Below, one piece after another: positions 19,830-31,701 of a stretch of 64,000 bases of DNA (the first letter of the stretch is position 1; each line of letters opens with the position of its first letter). The translations under genes were made by a program, and so were the position numbers. This DNA is from Chthonomonadales bacterium (GTDB lineage Bacteria; Armatimonadota; Chthonomonadetes; Chthonomonadales; CAJBBX01), in contig JBMFSQ010000005.1 of assembly GCA_049967475.1 (NCBI GenBank), forward strand, positions 89,246 to 153,245, read 5' to 3'. The notes under the pieces are model-generated. The model did not search any database. It was not told where the DNA came from and was given only the letters and a program-made list of their open reading frames with translations.

Positions 19830-20027
19830 GGCGGAACAGCGCAGGGCTGGGAGTTCACATCACCGATTGTGCGCGACGACGCGCGACGAACTCCTGGGCA
19901 TCTTGTGCGTATAATAACCGTAGCAGCCGGATCCCTCTTGTGGGCGTTCCGGGAGGCTGCCGCCCGGGTCCGGAGGTAGTGCAGAAGCACCGCACCGGAC
20001 GGCCGCTGAACAATAACCCGCTAAGCC

Positions 20028-20087
20028 GGGGCGGTCAACATCCCCGCTGCGGGGGCCTTCGGGTCCAATCCCGCGGCTGGCCGCCCC
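20028..20087 (+). ncRNA. NAD+-I (nadA motif) riboswitch-like aptamer
   Basis: GGGGCGGUC-AACAUCCCC-GCUGCGGG-GGCC(UUCG)GGUC-CAAU-CCCGCGGC-U-GGCCGCCCC directly before the nadA RBS. Confidence 0.75.
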
Positions 20088-20108
20088 ATAAAGGAAGGAG
20101 CGACCTTC

Positions 20109-21200
20109 ATGTTCCAAAAGCCGCTTCCCCCCGAGTATGCCCGCCTCGGTCCGGAAGCCACCGCCGAACGCATCGGCGAAGCGCGCGAGGCGCTGGGCGA
20201 TGCCGTCGTGATCCTCGGCCATCACTATCAACGGGACGAAATCATCCGCTGGGCCGATTACCGAGGCGATTCTCTCAAGCTGTCGCAACTCGCCGCCCAG
20301 CGCAAAGAAGCCCCCTTTATCGTCTTCTGCGGGGTCCATTTCATGGCCGAGTCCGCTGACATACTCACGGAAGACCGCCAGGCCGTGATCCTGCCCAACC
20401 TATCGGCCGGATGCTCCATGGCCGACATGGCCGATATCTACCAAGTAGAGGACGCGTGGAAGCACATCACCCAATATGTTGACCCCAGCGCCGTGATCCC
20501 CATCACCTACGTGAACTCTACTGCGGACCTCAAAGCATTCGTGGGCCGCAATGGGGGCGCCTGCTGCACATCATCCAACGCAAGAAAAGTCATGGAGTGG
20601 GCTCTGGAGCGTGGCGACCGCGTCTTCTTCTTTCCCGATCAACACCTCGGACGCAATACCGCCATCACCCTTGGCTTCGACGTCCAGCGCGATATGGTCC
20701 TTTGGGATCCTATGGAGAAGCACGGAGGTGTTACCCCACAGGCCGTTGCGTCCGCCCGAGTGATCCTTTGGAAAGGGCATTGCTCGGTCCATCAACGCTT
20801 CACTGTGGACCAGATTGCCCGGGCGCGCCGGGAGCACCCGGATATCAAGATCATCGTCCATCCGGAATGCAGCTTGGATGTGGTTCAGGCATCGGATTAC
20901 AACGGCTCCACGGAAGCGATTATCCGCAGGGTGTCGGAGGCGCCCAGCGGATCCAAATGGGGTGTCGGAACAGAGATCAACCTGGTCAACCGGCTCCAGC
21001 AGGAGCATCCCGACAAGCTCATCTTCTGCCTGGATCCCATCGTATGCCCCTGCTCCACCATGTACCGCATCCACCCGCACTACCTGCTCTATGTGCTGGA
21101 ACAGCTTGTGCAAGGGCGCGTGGTCAACCGTATCACGGTGGAGGAGCATACCAAGCACTGGGCGCGCATCGCGCTGGAACGGATGCTGGCGATCTCATAA
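20109..21200 (+). CDS. nadA: Quinolinate synthase
   Basis: ILGHHYQ, FCGVHFMAE, GCSMADMA, GHCSVH, HPEC, CPCSTM. Confidence 0.97.
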   Translation: MFQKPLPPEYARLGPEATAERIGEAREALGDAVVILGHHYQRDEIIRWADYRGDSLKLSQLAAQRKEAPFIVFCGVHFMAESADILTEDRQAVILPNLSAGCSMADMADIYQVEDAWKHITQYVDPSAVIPITYVNSTADLKAFVGRNGGACCTSSNARKVMEWALERGDRVFFFPDQHLGRNTAITLGFDVQRDMVLWDPMEKHGGVTPQAVASARVILWKGHCSVHQRFTVDQIARARREHPDIKIIVHPECSLDVVQASDYNGSTEAIIRRVSEAPSGSKWGVGTEINLVNRLQQEHPDKLIFCLDPIVCPCSTMYRIHPHYLLYVLEQLVQGRVVNRITVEEHTKHWARIALERMLAIS

Positions 21201-21233
21201 CGCCTGCGCAGAACCCGATGCGGCAGCCCTGCA

Positions 21234-22349
21234 TCACAAATGGTGGATGGGGAAGATCAACTGCCTCACTTGCTCCACCGTGTCCCGTGCGCTTGCCATT
21301 GCGCGCTCTCGGTCGTGGGGAGCAATGGGTGGGTCCTCATGGTCCGTGAGTGTGGGCATCCGTTCATGATCGGGGAAGGTGTGGGGAACAGTGTCGGACA
21401 GCTCCACACCAAAGAGTACCCCGAATGCCAGCGCCCACATCCTTGGCACTGTCGTGGGGTTGTACCCTCCCCCACCCAGGGCAACGATGGGCTTCTCCAA
21501 GGCTGCGACGTCGCGCACAGCCTCCACCCATCCTTGGGCGGTGAGGCAAAGGCGGGCCAGCGGGTCCAAATAATGCGGGTCGGCCCCCATCTCCAGCACA
21601 ATGGCTTCGGGATCGAACGCCCGAAGGATGGGTAAACCGGCGTCACGCCATGCGCCCAGCCAGATGTCGTCCGTAGTATAGGGCCACATGGGCAGATTGA
21701 CGCTGTAGCCAAGCCCCTCGCGCACACCGCGTTCATGCACGAAGCCGGTTCCGGGAAAGAGCGTCTGCCCGGTCTCGTGGATGGAGATGGTCAGCACGGA
21801 GTTGTCGTCATAGAAAGCCTCCTGAACGCCATCCCCGTGGTGCACATCTATGTCCACGTAGGCGATGCGCTGGTACTTGCGCTTCAGGCGGTGGATGGCC
21901 GCGACACAGTCATTGAACACGCAGAAGCCCGCCGCTCTGTCAAAATGGGCGTGATGCAGCCCGCCGGAGATATTCATAGCGACCGGAGCGCCGTCCAGGA
22001 CGGCCTGCGCAGCATCCACCGAGGCTCCGGTATAAAGCAGGGAAGCTTCCCACATGCCGGCGAACACGGGATTATCACCGTATCCGAAGCCGTACCTCTG
22101 CGGGAAGGGAACGTGCTCGCCCGAACTGAGGCGGTCTACTGCCTCGATATACTCCGCGCTGTGCACCTTGAGCAGATCCTCCATGGAGCAGGGTTGCGGA
22201 GTGCGGACCTCCACGTGCTCCAACGCTCCGTAACTCTCGAGCAGGGCGTAGGTGCGCAGCAGCCTGGCGGGCTTGAGCGGGTGAAGCGGTCCCATATCGT
22301 AATGCCGGAAGTCATCGGTGTACACAAATACGCCGGCAGGAGAACCCAT
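21234..22349 (-). CDS. acuC: AcuC/histone-deacetylase-family protein deacetylase
   Basis: HPLKPAR, GGLHHA, GFCVFND, DVHHGDG, GGGGY. Confidence 0.9.
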   Translation of the reverse strand: MGSPAGVFVYTDDFRHYDMGPLHPLKPARLLRTYALLESYGALEHVEVRTPQPCSMEDLLKVHSAEYIEAVDRLSSGEHVPFPQRYGFGYGDNPVFAGMWEASLLYTGASVDAAQAVLDGAPVAMNISGGLHHAHFDRAAGFCVFNDCVAAIHRLKRKYQRIAYVDIDVHHGDGVQEAFYDDNSVLTISIHETGQTLFPGTGFVHERGVREGLGYSVNLPMWPYTTDDIWLGAWRDAGLPILRAFDPEAIVLEMGADPHYLDPLARLCLTAQGWVEAVRDVAALEKPIVALGGGGYNPTTVPRMWALAFGVLFGVELSDTVPHTFPDHERMPTLTDHEDPPIAPHDRERAMASARDTVEQVRQLIFPIHHL

Positions 22350-22352
22350 GAT

Positions 22353-22988
22353 TTACCCCCTCTCTTCCAAACTGCGCCAAAGATAGAGCGATGCGATGGT
22401 GCAATAGGGCGTCCACCTTTCCCCGAAGCTCCGCACCGCCGTTGGGGTGGGGAGCGCATCCAAACCATAGGCGCGCTGGATCGCCTTGCGAATGCCCAAA
22501 TCCCCATAAGGAAGGACGTTGGTTCTGCCCAAGCGGAAGATGAGGAACATATGCGCCGACCACGGGCCAATGCCCCTCAAGCCCACGAGGACTTCCTCCA
22601 CTTGGTCATCAGGAAGTTCGTGGATACGCTCCAAGCGGTTCTCCGACTGCAGGGCATGGGCTGCCAGATCCTTGAGGTAACGCACCTTCATTTGGGAAAG
22701 CCCAGCGCCCCGAAGCGCCTCCTCGGGCAGGCTCGCGAGCACCTCTGCCGACACCCGCCCGCCGGGAAAAAGGACCTGAAGGCGGGAATAGATGCGTTCC
22801 GCCGCCCCACCGGACAATTGCTGATAGACGATGGCTTCCACCAACGCCTCAAAATGGCTGACCTTGCCGTCCGGCACCAACCGCACATCTGGGCAGCGTT
22901 CCATAAGCCGGGCCAGCACTGGGTCCCTGCCCCTCAAGAAGGCGGCTCCAGCATCGAACACTCCCGGGTCAAACAAGGAAGGCCCCAT
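22353..22988 (-). CDS. DNA-3-methyladenine glycosylase II (AlkA/HhH-GPD family)
   Basis: AIVYQQLS, LRGIGPWSA, DLGIR. Confidence 0.9.
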   Translation of the reverse strand: MGPSLFDPGVFDAGAAFLRGRDPVLARLMERCPDVRLVPDGKVSHFEALVEAIVYQQLSGGAAERIYSRLQVLFPGGRVSAEVLASLPEEALRGAGLSQMKVRYLKDLAAHALQSENRLERIHELPDDQVEEVLVGLRGIGPWSAHMFLIFRLGRTNVLPYGDLGIRKAIQRAYGLDALPTPTAVRSFGERWTPYCTIASLYLWRSLEERG

Positions 22989-24880
22989 CACTGCCTGCTG
23001 CCTTGCGGAAGGAGCACCGCACCCCGCGGAGCCCAACGCATCCATACCAGAAAATCAGATCCTCTAGAAGACGCCGCGTAGAAAGGACAGAGGCGCACCC
23101 GCACCTTCTGCGGAGACCCTTCAGAAGGCACGACAGCATCCGCCTCGAATTGCGCATCCTCCTCGTCGCCCCCATGCGGCAGGATGCGCAAATGCAGATC
23201 CGAGGCAGTTTCCGCCCGCAGTGCTACGTGTTCCACCGAAAGGCCCGGGTTCAGTGCAGCATCGGCAGCAAGCACCAGCGGCCCCCACATAACAGCCGCC
23301 CGCCCGGAATTGCCCCGGTCGCCCAACCCCAGACGCACGGGAATGGCGATGCGCAGATCTACCCGGTCGCCCGCTCGCCACAATCGAGTGACACCAAGGT
23401 ACTCCCCTCGCCGAACCCTGCCGGGCCACGGCCGGCCGTTCACATGCACTTGTACGTGATCCGACCACGCCGGTACGCGAAGAAGGAGGGTGAACCGCCG
23501 AGGGCGCGTGCCTGGGTCAATCCGCAGCGCAACATCGGGATCCAGAGGATAGCGCGTCTGCTGGCTGATGTGCACCGAACCGGGCGCCAGCGGAATGCGG
23601 GCAGCCGACGTACAATAGAAGTTGACTGCGGGACCTCGGCTCGTCGCGCCATACACAAAGGTGGGCAGCAAAGCGATGCCCCTGGGGCCGCTGCTTAGGC
23701 AGCAACTCGTAGAAGTGCCGTAGGGTTTGCGGCCCTCCAAGGGGGTGTAGTAGCACCATGCCTCTCCCGAGGGCTTCTGAGCGCCCAGCAGGTGATTGTA
23801 CACCGTGCGCTCCAGTTGATCTACAAAGCGCGCCTCACCCAGCAACCTCAAGAGCTGCACGTTGAATTGTTCCCAGGTCACCGTAACGCACGTTTCACAG
23901 ATGGAAGCAGCCACTGTATTGGGCAGTACCCCATCGTCCTGCCATACCTCGAAACTGCTGCCACTTCCCGTAAGATAGAGGCGATGCCGGGTTATGTCCT
24001 CCCATGCTATGAGGGCATCGGTCAGGTATCGCCTCACCCCGGTCGCCCTGTAGAGTTCCAGAAGCCCGCAGAGGTTGGAAAGCATCTCATAGGCTTTGGC
24101 ATTAGCCACCCGGCGAACGCTGTGGGTGCGCTCCAATGCGGAGAGAATGTGCGGCCCGCCAGGCTCCTCCCATTGGGCTACCAGATATCGGCCGAAATCC
24201 AGATACCGCCGATCTCCCGTGGCTCGATACAGGAGCACGATGGGCTCCAGCACGCTGGTGGCCGCCATGCCCATGTGCGTTCCGGCGGAAAGGATATCCT
24301 GCTTTCCCGGCCCGAACCGCTTGAGGAGGAGATCGGCGGCTCTGCGTGCGGCATTGAGGGCGGCGCGGTTCCCCGTCGCCTGATAATATGCCAAAAGGCC
24401 CAGGATGCAGTACTTGTGAACCCATACGTCCCAATCCGCTCCAGGATACAGGCCGAACCGCTTATCCGGAGTATACGTGCCCAGGTACCCATCGGCCTCC
24501 TGTGTGCGGATCAGCTCGCGCACGACCCGGTCCATCTTCGCGCGAAGCAAGGGGTCATGTTCCGCGGCATAGGTGAGGGAAGCCGCATGGAGCCACTTGC
24601 CTACATGCTCTCCGACCCATGCTTGGGACCCCGGCCGGTGCCGAAAGCCGGATAGCAGCTCATCCTCGTCCACTGCCAGAAGCCGGTTGCGCGCATTGAG
24701 CCTCCAGCGAGCGCCCAACAAGCCACCGAGCTGCACGTTACCCGGGGCAAGAAGATCCTCCCGATCCGCAACGACGGCGGTGTTGGGGAGCGCAAGCCCT
24801 GCAGGGTTCTGTTGAGCAACGGCTTCGGAACCCGCCGCTCCAACGCAAAGCACGAGTGCTACGATCGTCAAAACGCGCAT
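22988..24880 (-). CDS. Secreted GH127/GH146-like beta-L-arabinofuranosidase family protein
   Basis: GEHVGKWL, KAYEMLS, ETCVTV, CCLSSG, QQTRYP, LRVPAW, GPLVLA. Confidence 0.88.
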   Translation of the reverse strand: MRVLTIVALVLCVGAAGSEAVAQQNPAGLALPNTAVVADREDLLAPGNVQLGGLLGARWRLNARNRLLAVDEDELLSGFRHRPGSQAWVGEHVGKWLHAASLTYAAEHDPLLRAKMDRVVRELIRTQEADGYLGTYTPDKRFGLYPGADWDVWVHKYCILGLLAYYQATGNRAALNAARRAADLLLKRFGPGKQDILSAGTHMGMAATSVLEPIVLLYRATGDRRYLDFGRYLVAQWEEPGGPHILSALERTHSVRRVANAKAYEMLSNLCGLLELYRATGVRRYLTDALIAWEDITRHRLYLTGSGSSFEVWQDDGVLPNTVAASICETCVTVTWEQFNVQLLRLLGEARFVDQLERTVYNHLLGAQKPSGEAWCYYTPLEGRKPYGTSTSCCLSSGPRGIALLPTFVYGATSRGPAVNFYCTSAARIPLAPGSVHISQQTRYPLDPDVALRIDPGTRPRRFTLLLRVPAWSDHVQVHVNGRPWPGRVRRGEYLGVTRLWRAGDRVDLRIAIPVRLGLGDRGNSGRAAVMWGPLVLAADAALNPGLSVEHVALRAETASDLHLRILPHGGDEEDAQFEADAVVPSEGSPQKVRVRLCPFYAASSRGSDFLVWMRWAPRGAVLLPQGSRQ

Positions 24881-25172
24881 GACACCCTCCGTCGTAATCC
24901 TGGGCTGTGCCAAACCAGATGAGCTCTCTACGCAGCTTCTAATTCTATGATGTTAGCCAGCATGAGTGTAAATTCCTCCGATACCCGCGGGATCCCACCC
25001 GGCCCCTCGGAAGCGCCGCTCCTTCAAACCGGCAGGAGTGCCGGGGTGAGGAACGTCGCCAATGCGGAATGGACCCCATGAGGAACCGAAACCATAGGTT
25101 CACAAAGACTACCTTGCACAACACTGCAGGGATGGTTTCCGGATCTCGAACCTGGAACGGAGGTGAACGAAC

Positions 25173-25388
25173 GTGGCGCAAATGGCGCGGTGCCCTCGAT
25201 GCACTGCAATGAACATGGAACATCGGCGGACGTGTTGGAGGTGCAAGAGCACTCTGCCGCCGAGCTTTTATCTCGATGCGCGGTACCGGCGCAATCCCCT
25301 GCCGCCCGGCGTGCCGGGTACCCTTGCAGAGCGATCGCCGGTATGGCGAATGGTCAGCCGTATCTGCCACGCACTCGTGGAGCTGTAG
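25173..25388 (+). CDS. Small zinc-ribbon protein
   Basis: CPRC..N..CWRC; GGAGGTG RBS before GTG. Confidence 0.65.
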   Translation: MAQMARCPRCTAMNMEHRRTCWRCKSTLPPSFYLDARYRRNPLPPGVPGTLAERSPVWRMVSRICHALVEL

Positions 25389-27441
25389 TCCTATTGCCGT
25401 TGGGAGAGATCAGGCAAGGCCTTGCATCCGATCGGAGGGATCGAGACATCGCGTAGGGTGCTTGCCTGCTCGCAGTGTCGCGGCAAATCCAGGGGCTGCC
25501 GGCGGACGCCACAAGGCCGGGCCGGCGATCTGGAAGAGGGATGGGCGGAGGCGCCGTCACCCGAATGACGCCTACGTCCATCTCCTTACGCCCATATCCC
25601 AAAAAGAGCGGACCCGGACCGCCGGTCACGTGGACGCGCCGTGAAAAAGGCTCGACGCGCACCCGAGGCGACGTGAAGATGAGGCGATAGGTGCCTGCAA
25701 CAATGTGTTCCATGCGGAAGGTACCCGAGGCGTCCGTTTGGGCGCTGGCGGCGACCCAACGGAACCAGAAGGGGCGCACGATGCCGGGCGCTGCCTGCGT
25801 GCGGAACGCCTCCGGCACTGCAGAGGCCGGCACCAGTGCCACCTTTGCTCCGGCGAGCGGAGCGCCGTTGAGGAAGATGCGCCCAGTCAAACGGCCGCCG
25901 GCAAACATGGTGCGCTCATCCAGCATCTGGGCCACCCGACCTTCGGGGATCTCTGCCCGGCGGTACCATAGCTGTGCCTTCTCTCTCCGGCCCAAGCGCG
26001 CGTAGATATCACCAACCACAATCCGCGCATCCCGCGTCAAATAAACCCACTCCCGCCCGCCGGCCAGCCGATCCGCGTAGTTCAGAACCTCCTCGGTAGC
26101 CGGAGCGCTCCGCAGCTTATCTAAGAATAACCCCAAAAACTGCTGATCGGGGCAGTGGGTGAGCTTGGCATACTCTACTCGAAGGCATTCCTCGGGCCGC
26201 CAGCTAACGGTGGCAGCGTCGTGCCATGTTCGAAAGGCAACCGCAGACAGAGAGGTAAGGTACCTGCGCCGGGCAAGAAAAGCCTCCACCCGTTTGGCAG
26301 CCTCAGGCGTGATCGCGGGCCCATCCACTGCTTCGGCAAGGACGTTCATGGTGACGGCGCCTGCCGGACGCATGAGAAGCACGGTGTCGAACGCGGGAGC
26401 CCCAAGAGGCACTCCGGCAGCACGAGCCAGGCGGTTGGCAGCCACGGAATACCCGTTGGGAGCCATCTCTGCAAGGTCCCACGCATAGTCATAGCGGCTT
26501 GCCAGGATGCGCGGCGTGACTCGAAGGAAGACCAGGGTCAACGCCAACACGATCATCGGAACGGATCCTGCGCGCAGCCTTCCCGCTGCCGAGAGGCCCG
26601 GAAAGGCCAGGGCTGCCATCATCCCTCCTACTGAAAACTGCAGAGCCGCGGCAGCCCCCACCGCCAGGAGCGCCATTCGCATCCATGCCGGACTTCCGAT
26701 GCCGCCCAGCGTGGTATAGAAGGAAATGAGGCCGTCCGCACTGATGGTAGGGGCCATTCGGACAGCTATCGCTGCGCAACTGCCTGCGAGGGCCCCACTC
26801 ACAATCAGTTCCCGCAACACCGCCGGGTCCTGAGGCAGCTCATAATTGCCGCTATCCAGATCTCCGGCCACTCCCCTGGAAGAGAGCAGCACCCAAGCAG
26901 CGGCGCCCAGAACCGCCAACCTCAGCCAAAGAGCCGGAAGGTTATCCCCAAGTAGCCGCCCAACACCAAACCAAAACGCCAAGGCAGGCAGCGCCGCAGT
27001 CACTACGATGAGAAACACTTTGATCACCGGCTGAGTGTGCATATAGGTGTGCGTCAGAACGCTCAAGTTCCAATCCACACCGCTTGTGAGGCGGAATGTG
27101 GGGTTCAGCGCACGCAGGAGCCCATACACTCCCACGAGCCACACGCCGATGCCCAAGGCCAGCACAGAGGCGGGTGAAAGATCGGCCAGCCTCCGGCAGA
27201 GCTCCTGGATTACGGGGCTCCACAACAGGGCGCGAGGAACGGGAACCGTGTCCGGCACGTTTCCCATGGCGGCAAGCGGCGCATTGGCCTCAAGCAGAAG
27301 GCGGTAGGTAGCCACGCAGAGATCGAACGCAGCTATGGAAGCGCCGAGGAGGCCGAACAGGAGGCCGTATCGCAGGCCGGCGGCTATGCTTGGCGCCCGG
27401 GCTGGGCCGCCATCAGCCGGTGGGGCAGAAGGAAAATCCAT
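25354..27441 (-). CDS. Multi-pass membrane protein with C-terminal TPR-like helix and carboxypeptidase-regulatory-like beta domain
   Basis: About 8 hydrophobic segments; GRLTGRI..GAPLAGAKV..TDASGTF..AGTYRL; start placed just after the moeA stop. Confidence 0.75.
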   Translation of the reverse strand: MDFPSAPPADGGPARAPSIAAGLRYGLLFGLLGASIAAFDLCVATYRLLLEANAPLAAMGNVPDTVPVPRALLWSPVIQELCRRLADLSPASVLALGIGVWLVGVYGLLRALNPTFRLTSGVDWNLSVLTHTYMHTQPVIKVFLIVVTAALPALAFWFGVGRLLGDNLPALWLRLAVLGAAAWVLLSSRGVAGDLDSGNYELPQDPAVLRELIVSGALAGSCAAIAVRMAPTISADGLISFYTTLGGIGSPAWMRMALLAVGAAAALQFSVGGMMAALAFPGLSAAGRLRAGSVPMIVLALTLVFLRVTPRILASRYDYAWDLAEMAPNGYSVAANRLARAAGVPLGAPAFDTVLLMRPAGAVTMNVLAEAVDGPAITPEAAKRVEAFLARRRYLTSLSAVAFRTWHDAATVSWRPEECLRVEYAKLTHCPDQQFLGLFLDKLRSAPATEEVLNYADRLAGGREWVYLTRDARIVVGDIYARLGRREKAQLWYRRAEIPEGRVAQMLDERTMFAGGRLTGRIFLNGAPLAGAKVALVPASAVPEAFRTQAAPGIVRPFWFRWVAASAQTDASGTFRMEHIVAGTYRLIFTSPRVRVEPFSRRVHVTGGPGPLFLGYGRKEMDVGVIRVTAPPPIPLPDRRPGLVASAGSPWICRDTASRQAPYAMSRSLRSDARPCLISPNGNRTTAPRVRGRYG

Positions 27442-27442
27442 C

Positions 27443-28708
27443 CTAGGGCGCCTGCCCTTCTCCATGCAGCACACCACCCGCCTGCGGAAGAGAGAGCAGC
27501 ATTGCGCACACGTCGGCGCCTTCCGGTTGATCACCCGCATCAGCAGGAAGTACCACGAAGGCATTGGCCCCCAACAGGGATCGGATCATGCCGGAACCCT
27601 GTGGTCCGGTAGGCTCGGCCCAAAAGCTCCCGTCGCTCCACGTTACGCGCACGCGCACGTACTCTTCCCGGCCCGGCGCATGGCGGATGGCCTGCGTGAG
27701 CCTTGCGGACACGCGCGGCCGCTCCAATTGGCTGCGCCCGCTCAGCTTCCAAAGCACAGGGCGTACAAATACCTCGAAGGTCACCATCGCCGATACCGGG
27801 TTACCGGGCAATCCGAAGAAGAGGCTCGTGCCTATCTGCCCCACCGCAATGGGCTTTCCCGGCTTCATAGCCACGCGCCACAATTGCAGGTGACCGATGC
27901 GTTCCAGCACCGGTTTCACAAAGTCCCTATCTCCAACGGACACGCCTCCCGAGCTGATGATCACATCGGCGGGGGCACCGCCTTCCATTCCAGCCGCGCT
28001 GCGAAGAGCCTCTTCCACCTGTTCCTCCAGATCCGGCACCCGAGCGATACTGAGGATCTCAGCGCCCGCATCCAAAGATGCTGCAGCCAGACTGAATGTG
28101 TTCGTGTCGCGGATCTGCCCCGGATCCGGGCGGATGGCGGGGTCTACGATCTCGTCTCCGGTGGCGATCAATGCAACCTTGGGCCGGCGAGTGCACAACG
28201 GTTCCGGGCACCCCGCCGCAGCCAACGCCGCAATCTCCGGCGGGCCTATGACGGTCCCGGCTTGCACCAAGCGGACCCCCGATGTGTAGTCCTCCCCGCG
28301 GCGGCGCACGTGCATCCCCTGCTTTGCCGGCGCCAAAACCTGCACCCGAGAACCGGTGACGCGTACGTCCTCGATGGGCACGACGGCATCGGCACCGGGG
28401 GGTATGGGAGCGCCCGTCATGATACGCACACAGGCACCAGATCTCAACGCGGGACCAGGACCCTCGCCGGCCAGCACATCGCCCAGCGCCTCGAGGAGCA
28501 CCGGGTTCGACGGCGATGCTGCTGCAACATCCGCGGCGATGACCGCGTAGCCATCCATGGCGGAGTTATCGAAGGGTGGATTGTCTATATCCGCAGCGAC
28601 ATCTTGGGCTAACACGCGCCCCAGAGCTTGCAAAAGCGGCACGCGCTCGCCGGGCAGGGCCCGTACCTGATGAAGGAGAGCATGGAGCGCGTCTCGAACC
28701 GAAAGCAT
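27443..28708 (-). CDS. moeA: Molybdopterin molybdenumtransferase
   Basis: PPFDNSAMDGYA, IMTGAPIP, ATGDE, SGGVSVG, KPGKP, LPGNPVS. Confidence 0.97.
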   Translation of the reverse strand: MLSVRDALHALLHQVRALPGERVPLLQALGRVLAQDVAADIDNPPFDNSAMDGYAVIAADVAAASPSNPVLLEALGDVLAGEGPGPALRSGACVRIMTGAPIPPGADAVVPIEDVRVTGSRVQVLAPAKQGMHVRRRGEDYTSGVRLVQAGTVIGPPEIAALAAAGCPEPLCTRRPKVALIATGDEIVDPAIRPDPGQIRDTNTFSLAAASLDAGAEILSIARVPDLEEQVEEALRSAAGMEGGAPADVIISSGGVSVGDRDFVKPVLERIGHLQLWRVAMKPGKPIAVGQIGTSLFFGLPGNPVSAMVTFEVFVRPVLWKLSGRSQLERPRVSARLTQAIRHAPGREEYVRVRVTWSDGSFWAEPTGPQGSGMIRSLLGANAFVVLPADAGDQPEGADVCAMLLSLPQAGGVLHGEGQAP

Positions 28709-28804
28709 CGAGCATCCCTGGCGCCTCGGGCGCGGTCAATCGGAATAGGCAAGCACGCCCAAGTTCCACGAGGAAGCCTGCAATTCCTGCCGCGCTTCCT
28801 ACAC

Positions 28805-28834
28805 TTGACACGCGCCGAACAGCGTGACTATACT
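28805..28834 (+). promoter_or_regulatory. Sigma70 promoter for the tRNA pair
   Basis: TTGACA-N18-TATACT. Confidence 0.8.
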
Positions 28835-28862
28835 ATGCATCGGTGATATCCGCTGCGGATGT

Positions 28863-28935
28863 GCCGCGATAGCTCAGTTGGTAGAGCAGTGGACTGAAAA
28901 TCCACGTGTCCCTGGTTCAAGTCCGGGTCGCGGCA
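28863..28935 (+). tRNA. tRNA-Phe (GAA)
   Basis: Cloverleaf GCCGCGA...TCGCGGCA; anticodon loop CTGAAAA; CCA not encoded. Confidence 0.97.
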
Positions 28936-28986
28936 CTCTTCCCGATCTCTCGCGTAGGAGCCGTATTGAGGGGATCAGGCGTATAG

Positions 28987-29058
28987 GCCGACGTGGCTCA
29001 GTGGTAGAGCAGCTCACTCGTAATGAGCAGGTCCGCGGTTCGAATCCGCGCGTCGGCT
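28987..29058 (+). tRNA. tRNA-Thr (CGT)
   Basis: GCCGACG...CGTCGGCT; anticodon loop CTCGTAA; GTTCGAATC T-arm. Confidence 0.96.
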
Positions 29059-29243
29059 TTCCCAATTTGTGCTGCCTGTCCGCTGGGACCCGCTGGTGCA
29101 TGTCCCCAGTGTCAGACCGGGGTCCTTTCGCGGGGGATTTTGCCCGCCCGCGTCGAGAGGGCCGACGGCGTTTATTGAACACCCCTCTCTTCCCCGAACA
29201 GCGCTCGGATGGCCCACCGTGCGTTCAATCACGGCAAAATGTG

Positions 29244-29272
29244 TTGACATATTTCTGCATCTGGGATATACT
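29244..29272 (+). promoter_or_regulatory. Sigma70 promoter of gyrB
   Basis: TTGACA-N17-TATACT. Confidence 0.8.
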
Positions 29273-29329
29273 AAACGTGCCCGCCAACCCCACCGCAATG
29301 CTTTGGCTCGCCCCGTAGAGGAGGGATGA

Positions 29330-31414
<2,085 letters not shown>

Positions 31415-31491
31415 GCGCGGCAGCTAACCCTGAGGCAGCGTACCCCAGCGCCGCCAGACGAAAAGGCAAAGTCCATCATGAACGCCGAGGC

Positions 31492-31701
31492 TCAGCGTCG
31501 CTTCGTTGGCCGATAGGCCGGCCGGCGAGGTTTGCGAGAAGGAACACCCGGAGCCTGAGCAGCATCTGTAACGGTGCCCGTGAGAGGTATATTCTTGCCG
31601 CATTGAGGGCAAAACAGATTATTGCGGCGCACGGCCGCAATCGGCACGCGAAGCTGGTAACCGCACCCAGGGCATACAACAGGGATCTCACCTGGCGGCA
31701 T
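31492..31701 (-). CDS. Small zinc-ribbon protein with basic tail
   Basis: MPPGEIPVVCPGCG...FCPQCG; GAGGAG RBS. Confidence 0.75.
   Translation of the reverse strand: MPPGEIPVVCPGCGYQLRVPIAAVRRNNLFCPQCGKNIPLTGTVTDAAQAPGVPSRKPRRPAYRPTKRR

Noticed and set aside
25000..25060. tRNA-Sec suggested by CTTCAAA
   Set aside because: Flanks do not form an anticodon stem, and no T-arm or acceptor stem is present
25040..25165. c-di-AMP (ydaO) riboswitch suggested by GAGGAACCG and GGGAT..CGAACC
   Set aside because: The conserved GCUGAAUCC and GACAGCUAAC segments are absent
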